DNA from: Eledone cirrhosa
Lineage: Eukaryota
Direction of reading: 5' to 3'
Assembly (NCBI GenBank): GCA_964016885.1
Contig: OZ024740.1
Span: forward strand, 79,360,001 to 79,424,000
Length of the DNA stretch: 64,000 bases
Of the stretch, positions 25,290-38,987 are shown piece after piece. The position numbers and the translations under genes are program-made. Under the pieces are notes generated by a model. That model worked only from the letters and a program-made list of their open reading frames with translations, did not search any database and had not been told where the DNA came from. How positions within the stretch are numbered: position 1 is the stretch's first letter; each line of letters starts with the position of its first letter.

Positions 25290-25707
25290 GGAAAGAAATT
25301 CCGTCTTCCAAATTTTACTCACAAAACTAACTGTGGTCAACCGGAGGTTATAGTAGAAGAATCTTACTCAAGGTACAATGCACTGGAACTGAACCCAAAA
25401 CCACATGGCTATTTTTAGGATAACCTTGAGAAGTTATTTCCTATACTAAATAGGTTACTAGCAGTTATTCGCAGTTTTTAACCGCCCATCTAGTACTCTG
25501 CATGTAATATAGTCGATTAAATTCCTAAAACCTCTCCTTACAGTATTGTGTCAATGTGACGATAAAAAGAAATATTTCATTGCTCTTAATATTATTAATT
25601 GAAGGGATTGTATGTAAACAAAAGCATTAAGTGCATTGACGAGATACAAACAGCTCCACCTCTGTGTTATACATAATTACGTATACACGCATACATGAAC
25701 ACAATGC

Positions 25708-25744
<37 letters not shown>

Positions 25745-26096
25745 AGGTGTGTGGTGCGCGCGCGAGCGTGTGTGCATGTGTATATATATGTATATGTATA
25801 TATATATGGATGTATTTATGTATGTTTGTATGTGTGTATATATATGTGTTGGTGTGTATATATATACATACATATATATATATATATATACATATATATA
25901 CTGAGCGTGAAATTAATAAACATTTATTGTACTGCCTCTCTGTTTTGTCCCTGTTCAAATTTTTCCATTATATATATACATATATATGTATATATGTATA
26001 CATGTATGTATGAATGTATATATGTATAAATATGTATGTATATATATATGTGTGTGTGTGTAAAAATGTATGTATGTATGCATATATACATGTATT

Positions 26097-26286
26097 ATGT
26101 GGTGGATTGGCAGTATCGGTAGAGGGTCGGACGCCATGCTTTCCAGCATAGTTACGTCCCTTTACGATCTGAGTTCAAATCCCGCCGAGGTTGACTTTGC
26201 CTTTCATCCATACGGGGTCAATAAAATAAAGTACCAGTAATGCACTGGGTAATTGCTGGCCTTGTGCCTAAAGTAGAAACAATTAT
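26097..26286 (+). mobile_element. tRNA-derived SINE, major family
   Basis: Full head, core and tail. Confidence 0.85.
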
Positions 26287-26543
26287 GTGAATCTAAAATG
26301 TAGGTAAAACAGTTTCTATAGCTATGTTCTGTTTTCGTATTGTACAATATATGCTTTTATATTCTTTGTATGTTTAATGTTCTGGAGAAAATTATTGCAT
26401 AACAATTCTATTTATTCACAGTGAATGTTGACCTAAAAGGTGTGTTTGTCTGTGTGAGTACACACACACGCACATACACGTATACACACACACACGCGCG
26501 CGCGCGCACACATATATATATAGTATTAAAAAGTCGGCACCCG

Positions 26544-26574
<31 letters not shown>

Positions 26575-26596
26575 TGTGTGTTGCGTGTGTGTGTGT

Positions 26597-26675
<79 letters not shown>

Positions 26676-26883
26676 CAGCTCGTTGTTGACTCCAGAATAA
26701 TTTATAGAATTTGAAATTTTGTCGTTTCAATGACTATAATAATAGCCGATCACTATCAATAATATTTGAGTGGTAAAGTGACCCCTGAAAAAGGTGAACA
26801 GATGTACATTTGCGGGGAATCCTACCCTGCATATCTGACTACAGGCTTATAATCTTCTAAAAGATGGTTATTAGTGGTCAGCT

Positions 26884-26955
26884 GCTCCATAGCATAGTGG
26901 TTAACTTACTTTCCTGCCATACGACAAATGCAGCGTTCGATTCCTCGTAAATGAC
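26884..26955 (+). pseudogene. tRNA-like (possibly Gly-GCC-derived) pseudogene or SINE head
   Basis: A box TAGCATAGTGG, loop CT-GCC-AT, B box CGTTCGATTCC; stems are broken. Confidence 0.45.
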
Positions 26956-28019
26956 TTTCTTTCCAGGGGCGTTTTGTCTGATTCTTCTAAACTATTATTT
27001 ATAATGATCAACTGTTGTTAAAGTCTTTTACGTTAGGACGACTACATTTCATATTTTACACACATACACACATTTCAAAAGACGAAGTTTCAGCGTGTGC
27101 AATTATATATGAATATATATGTATATATATATTCATATTCATATATTATTGCCTGTATATATATGTATGTATATATATATATATGTACACACACATATAT
27201 GTATATACACTTTTGAAGTGTGTATACATTTTGGGAACACCCTGTATATACAGTGTATATATATATACTAACATACATAATGTACAGACACACATTGCTT
27301 TCCGGTGTTTTTTCTTTTCGGCGGTGGAATTACATCAGGTTTGTATTGAAGCACTGACGATTACATCACACTCTTATTGTACACATTTTACGACTGTCCA
27401 CCTTAATCCGCTTATTTGGATCTCATGGACATATTTATGACGTCTACTTTACTTGCTTAATATCATTGCTATAGTTTTTCGTATGTGCAGTGTTTCTTCC
27501 CGCCCAGGTCAGCCTTGATTGAGTAGACAGAGTAGACATATAAACTAAGTTATTTTCTAATCGTTATTTCCGCTTACAGCAGAATACGAAACATCATGTA
27601 CATATTTCAGTTAGTCTTTGAGATTGTTCATGATGACTTTTCTATACCAATTATTTATACTACTCACGAAAGGGCCAGCCTGCTTGGGGAAGAGGTATAC
27701 TATCTGTCTACCCGTCGTATCTCCTGACAGAAGCAACATCACTTTTTCTGTGACAGGAGGCGGGATTTGAGCTTAAAATGCATACAGCCTGAACAGATAC
27801 TGCAAACCTTCCCATTCGATTCTTTTTAACTATTCTGCCACTCAATCACCCGTCTTGGTATTCCAACCATGACCACCTCTTTTTCCAAATATGTTCTATT
27901 TTTAACTCTACAGTAGAAGCTTCCAATCAGTGTCGCGAAATCAAGTAAAATTTCATTATATTTTTTTAATATTTGCATGTAGAATATTGTTGAGATCTGA
28001 CAAATCTGTGTAGGGGCGT

Positions 28020-28312
28020 CCTAGCCCCGGCCAGTAATGTTTTTCTGGCTGCCTCCAGAAAAGACGTAGTAGCTGCCCTGAGATCCTTCCCAGGGAGCAG
28101 CAGCGGCGGAGTGGGCAGCCTGCGCCCTGGCCACCTCAGAGACCTTATCTCGCTTCACGCTGCTGAGGCAAGAGCACAATTGCTCCAGTCGATCACAAAC
28201 CTCATCAACTGTCTTCTCCACGCCAACTTATCCTGCCATGGCCGCGATAGTTTCTTCTCAGCCTGTCTGACCTCTCTGAGGAAGAATGACGGAGGCGTCC
28301 GCCCCATTGCCT
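28020..28312 (+). mobile_element. CRE-clade non-LTR retrotransposon RT fragment
   Basis: SFPGSSSGGVGSLRPGHLRDL...LTSLRKNDGGVRPIA; GC-rich island in AT-rich DNA. Confidence 0.65.
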
Positions 28313-29356
28313 TTTTTTCCTTTCATATTTCCATTAATATTTGTAATGTTATTTATACAACTGTGAATTGATTTATTGTCTGTAATTTTATTTTATAACA
28401 CGGAATAAAAAAATTTGACCGACAAAATAATTATGCATAAGAGAACTAATCACATGGCCCGTGACACATAATTTGATATTTAGTTCTATATTTATTAATT
28501 TCTTTAATTTTGTGTGGCTAATAAATTTGAATGTGTCACGGAAAATTATATTTTTAAAAAGTGTGCTGCCAATACGAAATGTTTGGATAGCTCTAAACTA
28601 GGGTGTGGTTTGTAGATTTAGTTTTTTCTAACAGTTCGAGCATTAATTTAAAGATTTCTTCATTGGGTATTTAAGGTGTTTCCTAAGTTAGGGAAGAAAG
28701 GCATCATAGAACGTTAATAATTACTTAATCTGATTCCCTAGTGCCATTCAATGTTTGTTAATAACTTTTATATATGGAAGAAACGCAGCGATTGGAGTGA
28801 AACTGTGCTGAAAAAGACCCATCGAACCCATGTTAGTATGACGAAACGGACGTAAAAAGGATGGAGATGATAAGGATGATAATGATAGCCATGTAATATT
28901 GTTGAAGGCTATATTTGCTCTACCAAACACCTAAAACGCAATCTAACATTTTCTGATGTTGAAAAATAATGGTACTAATTAAACCTACCGTTTGATTATT
29001 TTAGTATATACCTAGCGTCCCTGTTCATCAAAATTATCAATTAATCCCATTTCCTGGCTCCGCTCAATATTTCTTTTTTCTTTTTTAATGAACATTTCTA
29101 TATAAAGTAATTAGTAACTACCGTGCCAGCTAACAATGGTGAAGGCTTTCCTTCTGCTACGAAGCTAAATAATCCTAACTTTGAAGTTAGCTCCCGGTCT
29201 TGCTCGGCTAAGGGGTAATGTTTGTTGACCACACATATTTTCTTAATACTATCGTGCTTATTTTTGATGTTGAAAACATTGAAAATAATCAAACCTATCT
29301 TTGTATTTCTTAAATAGAACAAAGATCATTTTATGACATAAATATATAGTATTTTA

Positions 29357-29555
29357 TGTTGGAAGAAAAAAAACAGTCGATTCAAGGATCAGCTCAAAAA
29401 CACCTTGCTGAGGACAGAAATCGATCTGGTCGTTTGGGAGACGGAAGCTGCAGAAATTACTAATTGGAGAAGAACAATCCACGAAAAAATAACAGCCTTC
29501 GAAAACACCAGAAGGCAAATAGAGAGATGAAGAGAGCCCAAAGAAAAGCCAGAGC
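29357..29555 (+). mobile_element. RTE LINE C-terminal fragment
   Basis: RFKDQLKNTL...IDLVVWETEAAE...WRRTI-like translation. Confidence 0.6.
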
Positions 29556-29571
29556 TTTCCATCCTCTAAAC

Positions 29572-29690
29572 CAGAGGTTCTCAAAGTGGGTGCTACCGCC
29601 CCCTGGGGGACGTAGAGAAGGTCCAGAGGGCCCTGAGGCCTAAGGAGGTGGTAGAGCAAAGAGGACGTTGGGAGGAACAGAGAGGCTGTG
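29572..29690 (+). mobile_element. hAT (Charlie-like) terminal fragment
   Basis: CAGAGGTTCTCAAAGTGGG preceded by CTCTAAAC, a Charlie-type target; second end not found. Confidence 0.45.
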
Positions 29691-30477
29691 TCATTCCGCC
29701 AATGCAAGTGAACACGTTCTTAAGTGTGAAAACTTGTTCTTTCCTCTACTTAACTTTCTACCCAAGTTTTTCAACTTTAGAAACAACAGATTGCTATCAG
29801 AATAATATTCTATTAAAAGATATCTGACATCGCTTCTGAACCCCCCCCCCCCCCCCATCCTACCACGTGGCAACTGCGGATGTCTCTTCAGATCCAGCAT
29901 ATGACTCATTTCATCTAGAAGAAAATGAGACTGGTCAAAGGGAGGGTGGAATGTATCCTTAAACTAGAGACCTGGTCTGAATGCTTGTAACAGAATGAAT
30001 TTTGCTAAAGGCACTCAAGAACCAGGTGGTGGTGTCAAACTGGGCGACGGGTTATGTCTACCACCCAAGTAGACCACAGCAAAATTTGAACTCAGAGACC
30101 AACATAAAGATCAAAATACCATACACAACACCTTCTCGCATCACATCCCTCCTCCTTCCATCATATTTCTTCTCCTCCTCCCTTCACGACTTCATATCTC
30201 TTGTATCTCCACCACCACAAATACTTCAATCTTGTTTTGTAAATATTTTGATCAAGCTCACCACTTCAAAACTAAATGTGAATCCAGCATTTTACCCTCT
30301 CTCTCTCCTTTATACAAAGTACGATGCTTCAGCTGCCACTTGACACATATAATGCAATCGAAATGTCGTGCAACAAATGTCAGGATGTGCAAATTATTGC
30401 AGTCTTTGCATTATCTGGATCGTTGCCATCTAGTATAGACATCAGAGAAAAATTGATGTTCATTTCTTAAAAACAGC

Positions 30478-30508
<31 letters not shown>

Positions 30509-30599
30509 AAAAAAAGAAAAATTTTAATCGTGAAATGTGTAGATTTCACAGGAAATACTTTCTATGCTTGTCTTTAATATATTATATTACTAAACACCA

Positions 30600-30812
30600 A
30601 GGGCGGTGGATTGACAGTAGCGGTAGAGAGTCAGATACCATGCATAAAGTTACAGTCCTTTACGGTTTGAGTTCAAATCGTGCCGAGGTTAACTTTTCCT
30701 TTCATCCTTACAGGGTCGATAAAATAAAGTACCAGTACATACTAGGGTCGATTTAATCGACTTTTCTCTCCCCCGAAATTACTGGCCTTGTGCCTATACT
30801 AGAAATCATTAT
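30600..30812 (+). mobile_element. tRNA-derived SINE, major family, with TSD
   Basis: Flanked by ATTACTAAACACCA / ATTACCAAACACCA. Confidence 0.85.
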
Positions 30813-32711
30813 ATTACCAAACACCACAAAAACCCATTCAGTCGTTTTGAATTCCATAATCATCCATGTTGTTACACTAAATAGCATACTAAATATTCAA
30901 TCTGTCTAAATAGCTAACCAATTAATCAGTGGGAGCACTATAACAAGTGACTTAGTCACTTTACACGCTACAACTGCTCATTTCATATCTTTTATAAAAC
31001 GATGTTGTTATTATTGTGTTGCTATTGACCAGCCCTGGTCGAACAGACAGACATCTGATCAAAGACGTTTCATCAGTGTTTATCCTTTCTTTCATTCAAA
31101 TACTACATACACTAATCTGTCATTACATTTGAGAGAGATTCGACTGCTATTTCAAGTAGATCAAAAATCAATGGACACTCTGCAGGTAAGTCAATAAACC
31201 CGAGTTTTCATGACAACATAAATACTGAAAACACCAGAATGCTGGACTAGGGTTTTGTTTTAATGAGGAGGAAGAGTTGCGCCCATGAAGTTTTTCATGG
31301 CCTCGTGAATGGGGGGGGGGGGCAGGAGGACGTTATCCTTAAACCGCAGACATGGCTCAACTGCTAGTAGTAGAGTAGACAGCAATAAAGACGCCCAACG
31401 GTGTTGAACTAATCTGATGGATGTAATCTAACCCCAAAACAGGAATTGTCCATCCAATGGGTTTTCACCTAGTTTCCATCTACTAATTTCTACACACAAA
31501 GCTTTATTTGACCAGAGGTTATGACCTGACACTTACTCTAGGTGTTACATAATAGATTCAAACCCTAAACTACGGCACTGCAAAGCGAATCACTTAACCA
31601 CATAGCCACTTTTCGCTGGCTAAAATTCGATATGTCACTCCTGTGAGACCAAGCATCGCGCCGGTCGCCAATACTTTTTCCTCTTTCCGAAATCGATATA
31701 ACAAAACCCATTAACTTTTAGACTATAGCGATCATTATTACAATCCTTGGCAGCATTGGCTTTGTGTCTCGTCAAGAGAGATCATTATTGTAGGAAATAG
31801 CCAGGAAATCATTGTAGACGGGAGGGAAGCTCATATTAAGCAAAAATAGCGATCAAATTTCGATTTCTGGTCGTCGCTATTTCAAATTACGTTCACTGCC
31901 ATTACTAAAGTAAAGTAAAAATAAATTAACTTCCGTCGGTTTCGGTGATGAGTGTCTCCGTTGTTCAATCAACGGAACAACCTACTGGTTAAATTTAAGA
32001 ATATGTGGTTGAGTATTCCACAGACATGTTTGTGAAAGATAACTGAACTACTGCTGGTTTCGGCAATGAGTGTTTCAGTTATTCAGTTAACAGAACGGCT
32101 TATTGGTTAAATTTACGTGTAATTGGCTGAATATTCCACAGTTTTACAGATACATAGATAAAAGGTATGTGGGCTTTTGACCGTTTCGATGATGCGTTTA
32201 TCAGTTATTCGATCAATGGAACGGCCTGCTGGTTGAATTTATATAAGTGGTTGAGAATTCCATAAACATGTGTACTTTTGACATAATTATGTCAGAGATT
32301 CGGCGTGACACCATATGTGAGAGTATGAGTGACACGACTGAACTACTGGATTACAGGTACAATCAGTTAGGTGGGCATCTAGATAATTCCCGTCTATGGT
32401 ATTTCACTCAAAAAGATTGGGTCGACTCGAAGCTATGGTAATAAAAAAGCCCTTGCCTGATTCATGAGACATATAGCCAAATGCTTTCCTGCAGTGACTA
32501 CCTCCAACATCTTCTTTTCAGGTGTAGTACAGACAAAAGAAAGGAACCGATCGTGGCTATGTTTTTTATTGGTCTTTTCATTGCTAATACTATCTCTCGG
32601 TCTCAACTCCTACAAGAAGGGGTGGGATTTGAACTCAATGCACAGAGCCGAGTCAGGTACCACAAAGCAGTCGGTCCGACTATTTAACAATATTGTCAAT
32701 CCACCGCCTCT

Positions 32712-32950
32712 GAGAATCGTTGGACAGATTTTATGGGCAAAACCAGTCGGCAGGAAACCCAGGGGTAGACCCCGAGCAAGATGGTTGGATAACATCCATG
32801 AGCTTGTCTGGTCTCACTTGGGGATCCAGTCGGCTCAGTTGGAGATGGTTGCTTCTGACAGGACCCTCTGGAAAGAGTGTTTGAGGACTCAGTCCCCACA
32901 ACCCTCTCAGGAATAAGTAGGCGAAGAAGAAGAAGAAGAAGAAGAAGAAC
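32712..32950 (+). mobile_element. RTE LINE 3' fragment with (GAA)n tail
   Basis: GRKPRGRPRARWLDNIHEL...DRTLWKECL; same family as 1-1192. Another short piece at ~45195-45310. Confidence 0.85.
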
Positions 32951-33483
32951 CCGGTGGGATTTAAACAAATATTGTTGCCCTAGGCACTCTGCCAATTCGT
33001 TGCCATATATAGAAATACATTGTCAAATGTATCGTTAAAGATGTTGTGTGTTATTTAAGGGAGAGCTGGCTGCTATTTCTGGCAAGTAAAGTGACTGTGT
33101 GCATGAGTGTGCGTTGGCCTGAGAAGTAGAAACTGTGCATCAAACGATCGGAAATATATTCTCGTATTTATTTCCTTTTATGTCCTGATTGACGTTCGTC
33201 CTCATTAAGTCGTTAAAATAAGTGCCAGGGACGAAGTACTTTCGATATAATCGACAAACAAAATTAGGACGGTGTCCCAGCATGCCGCAGGCCGAGGACC
33301 GAAGTATGTTGAATCTCCGTTGGTTGGTTTTATAAACGAAACTGCCTGTTCCTGGAATAAATGTGCAAGTGACTGAGCATTCCGCAAACATGCGAATCCT
33401 TAACTTGGTTCTCAGGGAGATCCATTATAACACAATTGTGAAAAAGCTGGTCCTTTCAAATTGGAGGATCTTAAAATAAAGTC

Positions 33484-33784
33484 TAGAAAATGTAGAAAAA
33501 TCTCCAGCGCAGAAAATAACTGTAAGTTATAAACAATAGCTTAGAAAATCGAGTAAAATACACTTATAGACGGGAAAAGGTACCGCTACGAAGAATCGAA
33601 CTCCGTAACACTCAAATTCCGGCTGATTGTTCAAAACGTAAGGGTCATTTAGCTAAATGGTTTAGAGCGCTCCGTCGGAATTTGAGAGGTGCGGAGTTCA
33701 ATACGTCGAAGCGGTTGCTGGCCACTTTGTCTCTAAACTAGGGTTTACAATTATTTTCTGCATTTGAGATTTCTACATTATCTA
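33484..33784. mobile_element. ~300-bp inverted-repeat element containing back-to-back tRNA-like heads
   Basis: Outer arms TAGAAAATGTAGAAAAATCTC.../...GAGATTTCTACATTATCTA; inner arms 33582-33637 and 33660-33715; A box TAGCTAAATGG, B box GAGTTCAATAC. Confidence 0.65.
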
Positions 33785-34074
33785 AGAACTACAATCTATT
33801 GAAACTCCGATAGTTTATTTTCGAAATATCATAAAATAAATTGTTTTGTTCAAAAACACAAGCCGCTTAGAATCGATTACATGTCCGAATGATTGTGAGC
33901 CGAACACTCTAACCACTCTACCACATTCCTTCACCGTAAAAAAAAAAACAAAACCATAGAGCCCCAGCATGGCCTCAGTTTCTCGGCTGGAATGCAAATA
34001 AATAAATACAAAATATGTGCCAGCTTCGATTTATAGACAACAGTAGTTCAAGCTAAAAATAAATCAGACGTCGG

Positions 34075-34290
34075 AGGTGATAATGGTGCTGGTGTTGATG
34101 ATGGTGGTGATGCTGGTGGTGGTAGCAGCGGTGGTAGTGGTGGTGATGCTGGTGGTGGTAGCAGCGGTGGTAGTGGTGGTGATGGTGGTGGTGGTAGCAG
34201 CGGTGGTAGTGGTGGTGATGCTGGTGGTGGTAGCAGCGGTGGTAGTGGTGGTTATGGTGGTGGTGGTGGTAGCAGCGGTGGTAGTGGTGG
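34075..34290. repeat. (GGT)-based minisatellite
   Basis: Repeats of GTGATGCTGGTGGTGGTAGCAGCGGTGGTAGTG. Confidence 0.9.
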
Positions 34291-34799
34291 TTATAGTAGC
34301 CATTATGTTGGCGACAGTGGTGGTAGTGATACTGGCACCGGTAACTGCGGTGGTGGTCGTAGGGGAGGTTGTGGTAATGGGGTAGTGGTGGTGGCAGTAG
34401 AGATAGTGGTCATCTAACTGGTGGGGGTGATGGTGGGGTGCGGGGTGGCGACGATAGTGGTCATCTCTGTTGTGGTGGATTACGTGTTATTTCGATTGAT
34501 CTGCAGCCAATATTGAAAGTGTCGAAAGATCCGAAAAGAAACAATATAAATATTTAATTGTCTGGAAATACATTGACCGATGTTGGCAAGCACCATAGAG
34601 CAAGAGGTTAAACTCCCAACGTAGGGGGGAGGGGTCGATTCCCAACGGGCCCTATTTCAGTTCACTTTGCCTATCATCATCATCTTCATTTAAAGTCCAC
34701 TTTCTCTGCTAGCAAGGGCTGGACGAGTCCTCACAGACCGAGTCAGTATTGAAATGGGGCTACTGACCTCCAAGACAGACCTCCAATTTGCCTATAGAT

Positions 34800-34990
34800 A
34801 ATAATTGTTTCTACTTTTGGCACAAGGCCAGCAATTTCCCCAGTGTATTACTGGTACTTTATTTTATCGTCCCTGTAAGGATGAAAGACAAAGTTAACCT
34901 CGGCGGGATTTGAACTCAGAACGTAAATGGCCGTAACACTATGCTGCAAAGTATGGTGACTCACGCTCTACCGATACTGCCAATCCAATA
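34800..34990 (-). mobile_element. tRNA-derived SINE, major family
   Basis: Head, core and tail on the minus strand. Confidence 0.85.
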
Positions 34991-35329
34991 ATATTCTTGT
35001 ACTAGTTTCAGTGATTAGATTGGGGCTATACTAGGGCACCGCCTTGAAGAAACTCATTGACTACTTGCGGAGAGATTTATATATCGTCAATACAATTAAG
35101 GATTTCACAAAATCGGAAAATCCGATTTGCTTTATTTGCGGTTTGCTTTGCAACTACATCAATTCACTTATTAATTACGCGCTAAGCACCGTATAAGAGA
35201 AATATATACAAAAATAGAGTATAGTCTATCATACCTTCAAATTGAAACACTTCCTCAGTGTCACAAAATAATCCTCGTTAATATATGTACATATATATAT
35301 TGTCTGTGTGCGCGTACCTACCTGCATAA

Positions 35330-35397
<68 letters not shown>

Positions 35398-35716
35398 TCT
35401 CCAGTTCTCTCTCTTGTGTGTTTTGGTGTGATGTTAAGAAGAGCGGAACCAGCTAAGGCGAAATAATTGTGCCGCAATGTTATGAGACGCGAGTTTCATT
35501 TTCCTTGTGGGCGGGTAGCACGGAACACAAGCCTTATGTGTTACTTTAAAGGTGATGCCAACATCATTTGGGCAGTGCTGATGGAATATTTCCACATCAG
35601 ATAATGCAAATAATGTTGCACTCACGGCGGCGTGGGAGAAAGCAAAGTTTGAGCTTTTCAGGTCGACCCCAATAGTCAAGGCATATATATATATATAATA
35701 TATATATATATATATA

Positions 35717-35968
<252 letters not shown>

Positions 35969-36397
35969 GCGCGTGTGTGTGTGTATACAATTGGTATTCA
36001 CCTATTTAAGGTGGAACAGGTAATGATTTTAGTGCTTTAGTTATTGTGGTAGGCACCGGTCACACAAGGTATCTTCGAAGAGCTACAGAGTCGTTAAAAA
36101 AATATGTTATTTTGAACAATGAAAACAAAAGAAAAGTCAGATATAGGCCAGGTAAATGCCTGCTATTAGTAGCTCATTACAATCTGTTTCATGGTCGGGT
36201 GTTCGGCAACTAAACCGACTTCCCCACCAGGTTCTGGTCTGACGAGGAGTGCAAGTGGAAGCCCAGTAGCACAAAAACAAGAGCTATCAAAGGGCGAATG
36301 AACTCAGAGTCAACGGCCATCCACCCCAACTATGGATTAAATAGCCTCACCAACCCGCAATTAGCCAAGCACACACACACAAACACACACACACACA

Positions 36398-36443
<46 letters not shown>

Positions 36444-36674
36444 ACATACACGCACCCATATAACTACACCACGCACATACACAGATAATACATACACCAC
36501 ACATACACACAACCATACACACAAACATACACTACATATACACATACACACACATATACACACACATACACACATACCCACACACACATACATACACCAC
36601 ACACACACACATACACAGACACACAAACACATATATATGACAACTAGTTATTGCTCTACATGGCTGAATACAAT

Positions 36675-37529
36675 AAATGTAATCTGAGTTTTTCGAATAT
36701 TAATAATTGTTTCTACTTTAGGCACAAGGCCAGCAATTATCCCAGTGCATTACTAGTACTTTATTTTATCGACCCCGTAAGGATGAAAGGCAAAGTTAAC
36801 CGCAGCGGGATTTGAACTCAGACCATAAAGGGCCGTAACTCTTTGCTGCAAAGCATGGCGTCCGACCCTCTATCGATACCGCCAATCCACCGCCCTTTTC
36901 GAATATTAATAATAATATTCGATACGTTTGCAATTATGCAAACAACCTCTTTTATAAGCCATGTCAGTAGAATGAGCCCCTCATTCTCGCTCTTGTGTTG
37001 GCATGCAAACAGAACTGCTGACACTAATGTTTCTGGGTGATTACCCTTCATCAGTGCAGTTTACCGCTTACCTGCCAACTGTCAGCTAGTAAAAAAATAT
37101 ATTTTCTGAAATATACAATGACTGTTCGGCCTGATTTGCATATTAGCCGACTGATCCTTCAGATCTGCATATTAGCAGACCCACTGATCAGCCAGATTTC
37201 AGTAACCACCCACATTTTGGGTAATCACCCAGAAACATTAGTATCTGCAATTCTGTTTGCATGCCAACACAAGAGCGCGAATGAGGGGCTCATTCTACTG
37301 ACATGGCTTCTAAAAGAGGCTGTTTGTATAATTGCAAACGAAACGAATCGAATATTATTAATAATATTCGTCCCTTTACCGTCTGAGTACAAATCCTGCC
37401 GAGGTTAACTTTGCCTTTCATCCTTAAGGGGTCGATAAAATAAAGTACTAGTAATGCACTGGGATAAATGCTGGCCTTGTGCCAAAAAGTAGAAACAATT
37501 ATTAATATTCGAAAAACTCAGATTACATT

Positions 37530-37531
<2 letters not shown>
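36675..37531. mobile_element. Fold-back element (~175-bp TIRs) with a SINE inserted at the mirror position of each arm
   Basis: Arms 36675-37046 and 37219-37531; SINEs at 36708-36895 (-) and 37371-37500 (+); empty-site terminus at 23210-23268. Confidence 0.85.
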
Positions 37532-37572
<41 letters not shown>

Positions 37573-37625
37573 GTAAGTATGTATGTATACGTACATACAT
37601 ATATGTATACAGACGTACAGTAGCA

Positions 37626-37663
<38 letters not shown>

Positions 37664-37949
37664 CAGGTACACATATATATATGTACGTATCAGTTTAGCG
37701 GACGTTTATTATAACGCCCGCTTTGTCCGTTTGTAAACAAACGGACAGCCTGATTTATGCCGTACGGTGTTAAGGCAACCACGTCACCTTTTTTTTTTTT
37801 TTTTTTTTTTTAAGTGCCGTACTAAGAGTGAGAAATGAAATTTCGTTTCATTCTATTATAACTTATATATATATATAAAATCAAGGTTTAGCAAATAGAG
37901 AAAAAGTTTTAAAATAAATTTCAAAAAGTTCACTGTACTTACTATATGT

Positions 37950-38031
37950 GCCTTTACCCCGGTTTCCGATCCCCAAATCAACAGATAATCCAAGCGGATT
38001 TACATTGAGAAGGAGATCTTCGTCAGAAGGC
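37950..38031 (-). ncRNA. Type I hammerhead ribozyme inside an inverted-repeat element (37873-38270)
   Basis: Minus strand reads GCCUU-CUGACGA-aGAUCUCC...GGGGAUCg-GAA-ACC-gg-GGU-A/AAGGC; ~58-bp inverted arms at 37873-37934 and 38108-38165. Confidence 0.8.
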
Positions 38032-38305
38032 TTTTCTCACTCGGAGAATATAAAATTCTCGAGTTCGAATCACAAACTGGCGCCATACAAAACTGTTCCC
38101 GAATGAGAGTGAAATTTGAAATTTATTTTAAAACTTTTTCTCTATTTGCTAAACCTTGATTTTATGTTCTGACTTGTTAATTTATTAACCTGCCATAGAA
38201 CCACACTGGCATACGGATAGACAATACTTGTATCCCTATATGTATTTTTTACATGTAGGAACACACACTTTTATATATATATACATGGTAAATAATACAC
38301 CTGTA

Positions 38306-38757
38306 AATTTACAGTACACAGCGAAAAGAAATTAGTTCATTATTGTCTTGAATTTTCGGGCTACCTTAAAGTTAGTGGCTTCAATTTTTTTAACTCACAC
38401 AAAAATTAAAAACTTCCTACCTGCTCAGCGGTTCTTAAAATAGATTGTTTACAAAATATATTACCGATTGTTTGTTGTTTTTTAAACATAGGTGGGTTTG
38501 CAAATATAGTTGATTATCTAATTAGATTTTGTACTGACAGGCTTTGTTATGAGCAGCTTTTCAAAGTTTCATTTTAATTTGTGGTGGTGTTGGATATATA
38601 TTCAAATTTAAAATATTTGAAACTCATAGCGAAATCATTTGGTACAAAAACTAATTAGATAATCGTGACAATTTCAACAAAATCATTTATGATCTTTAAA
38701 AATTAATCTTTTTTATTTTGTATGAAATAATTTCTTTTCGCTGTGTGCTGTAAATAT
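38306..38757. mobile_element. ~450-bp TIR element (MITE), unclassified
   Basis: TTTACAGTACACAGCGAAAAGAAATTAGTTCAT is inverted as ATGAAATAATTTCTTTTCGCTGTGTGCTGTAAA. Confidence 0.65.
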
Positions 38758-38834
38758 AAAAACATTAATTGCATCTTCAAATTTTCATTATTATTTCCCT
38801 ATATAATATGATTTGTATAGAATTCCTTAATGTT

Positions 38835-38877
<43 letters not shown>

Positions 38878-38887
38878 GCGTGTGCGT

Positions 38888-38987
<100 letters not shown>

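Noticed and set aside
26884-26955. Functional tRNA gene (also 33643 and 61900 minus)
   Set aside because: A/B boxes are present but the acceptor and anticodon stems are broken; these look like SINE heads or pseudogenes.
31930-32270. CRISPR-like repeated ~120-bp units (also 51535-51755)
   Set aside because: Degenerate tandem repeats without unique spacers, no cas genes, eukaryotic context.
35420-35690. Mariner-like terminal fragment (also 27225-27245)
   Set aside because: Only one end and no transposase motif recognised; insufficient support.
36239-36290. CTGACGAG hammerhead candidate
   Set aside because: No GAAA core or stem III follows.
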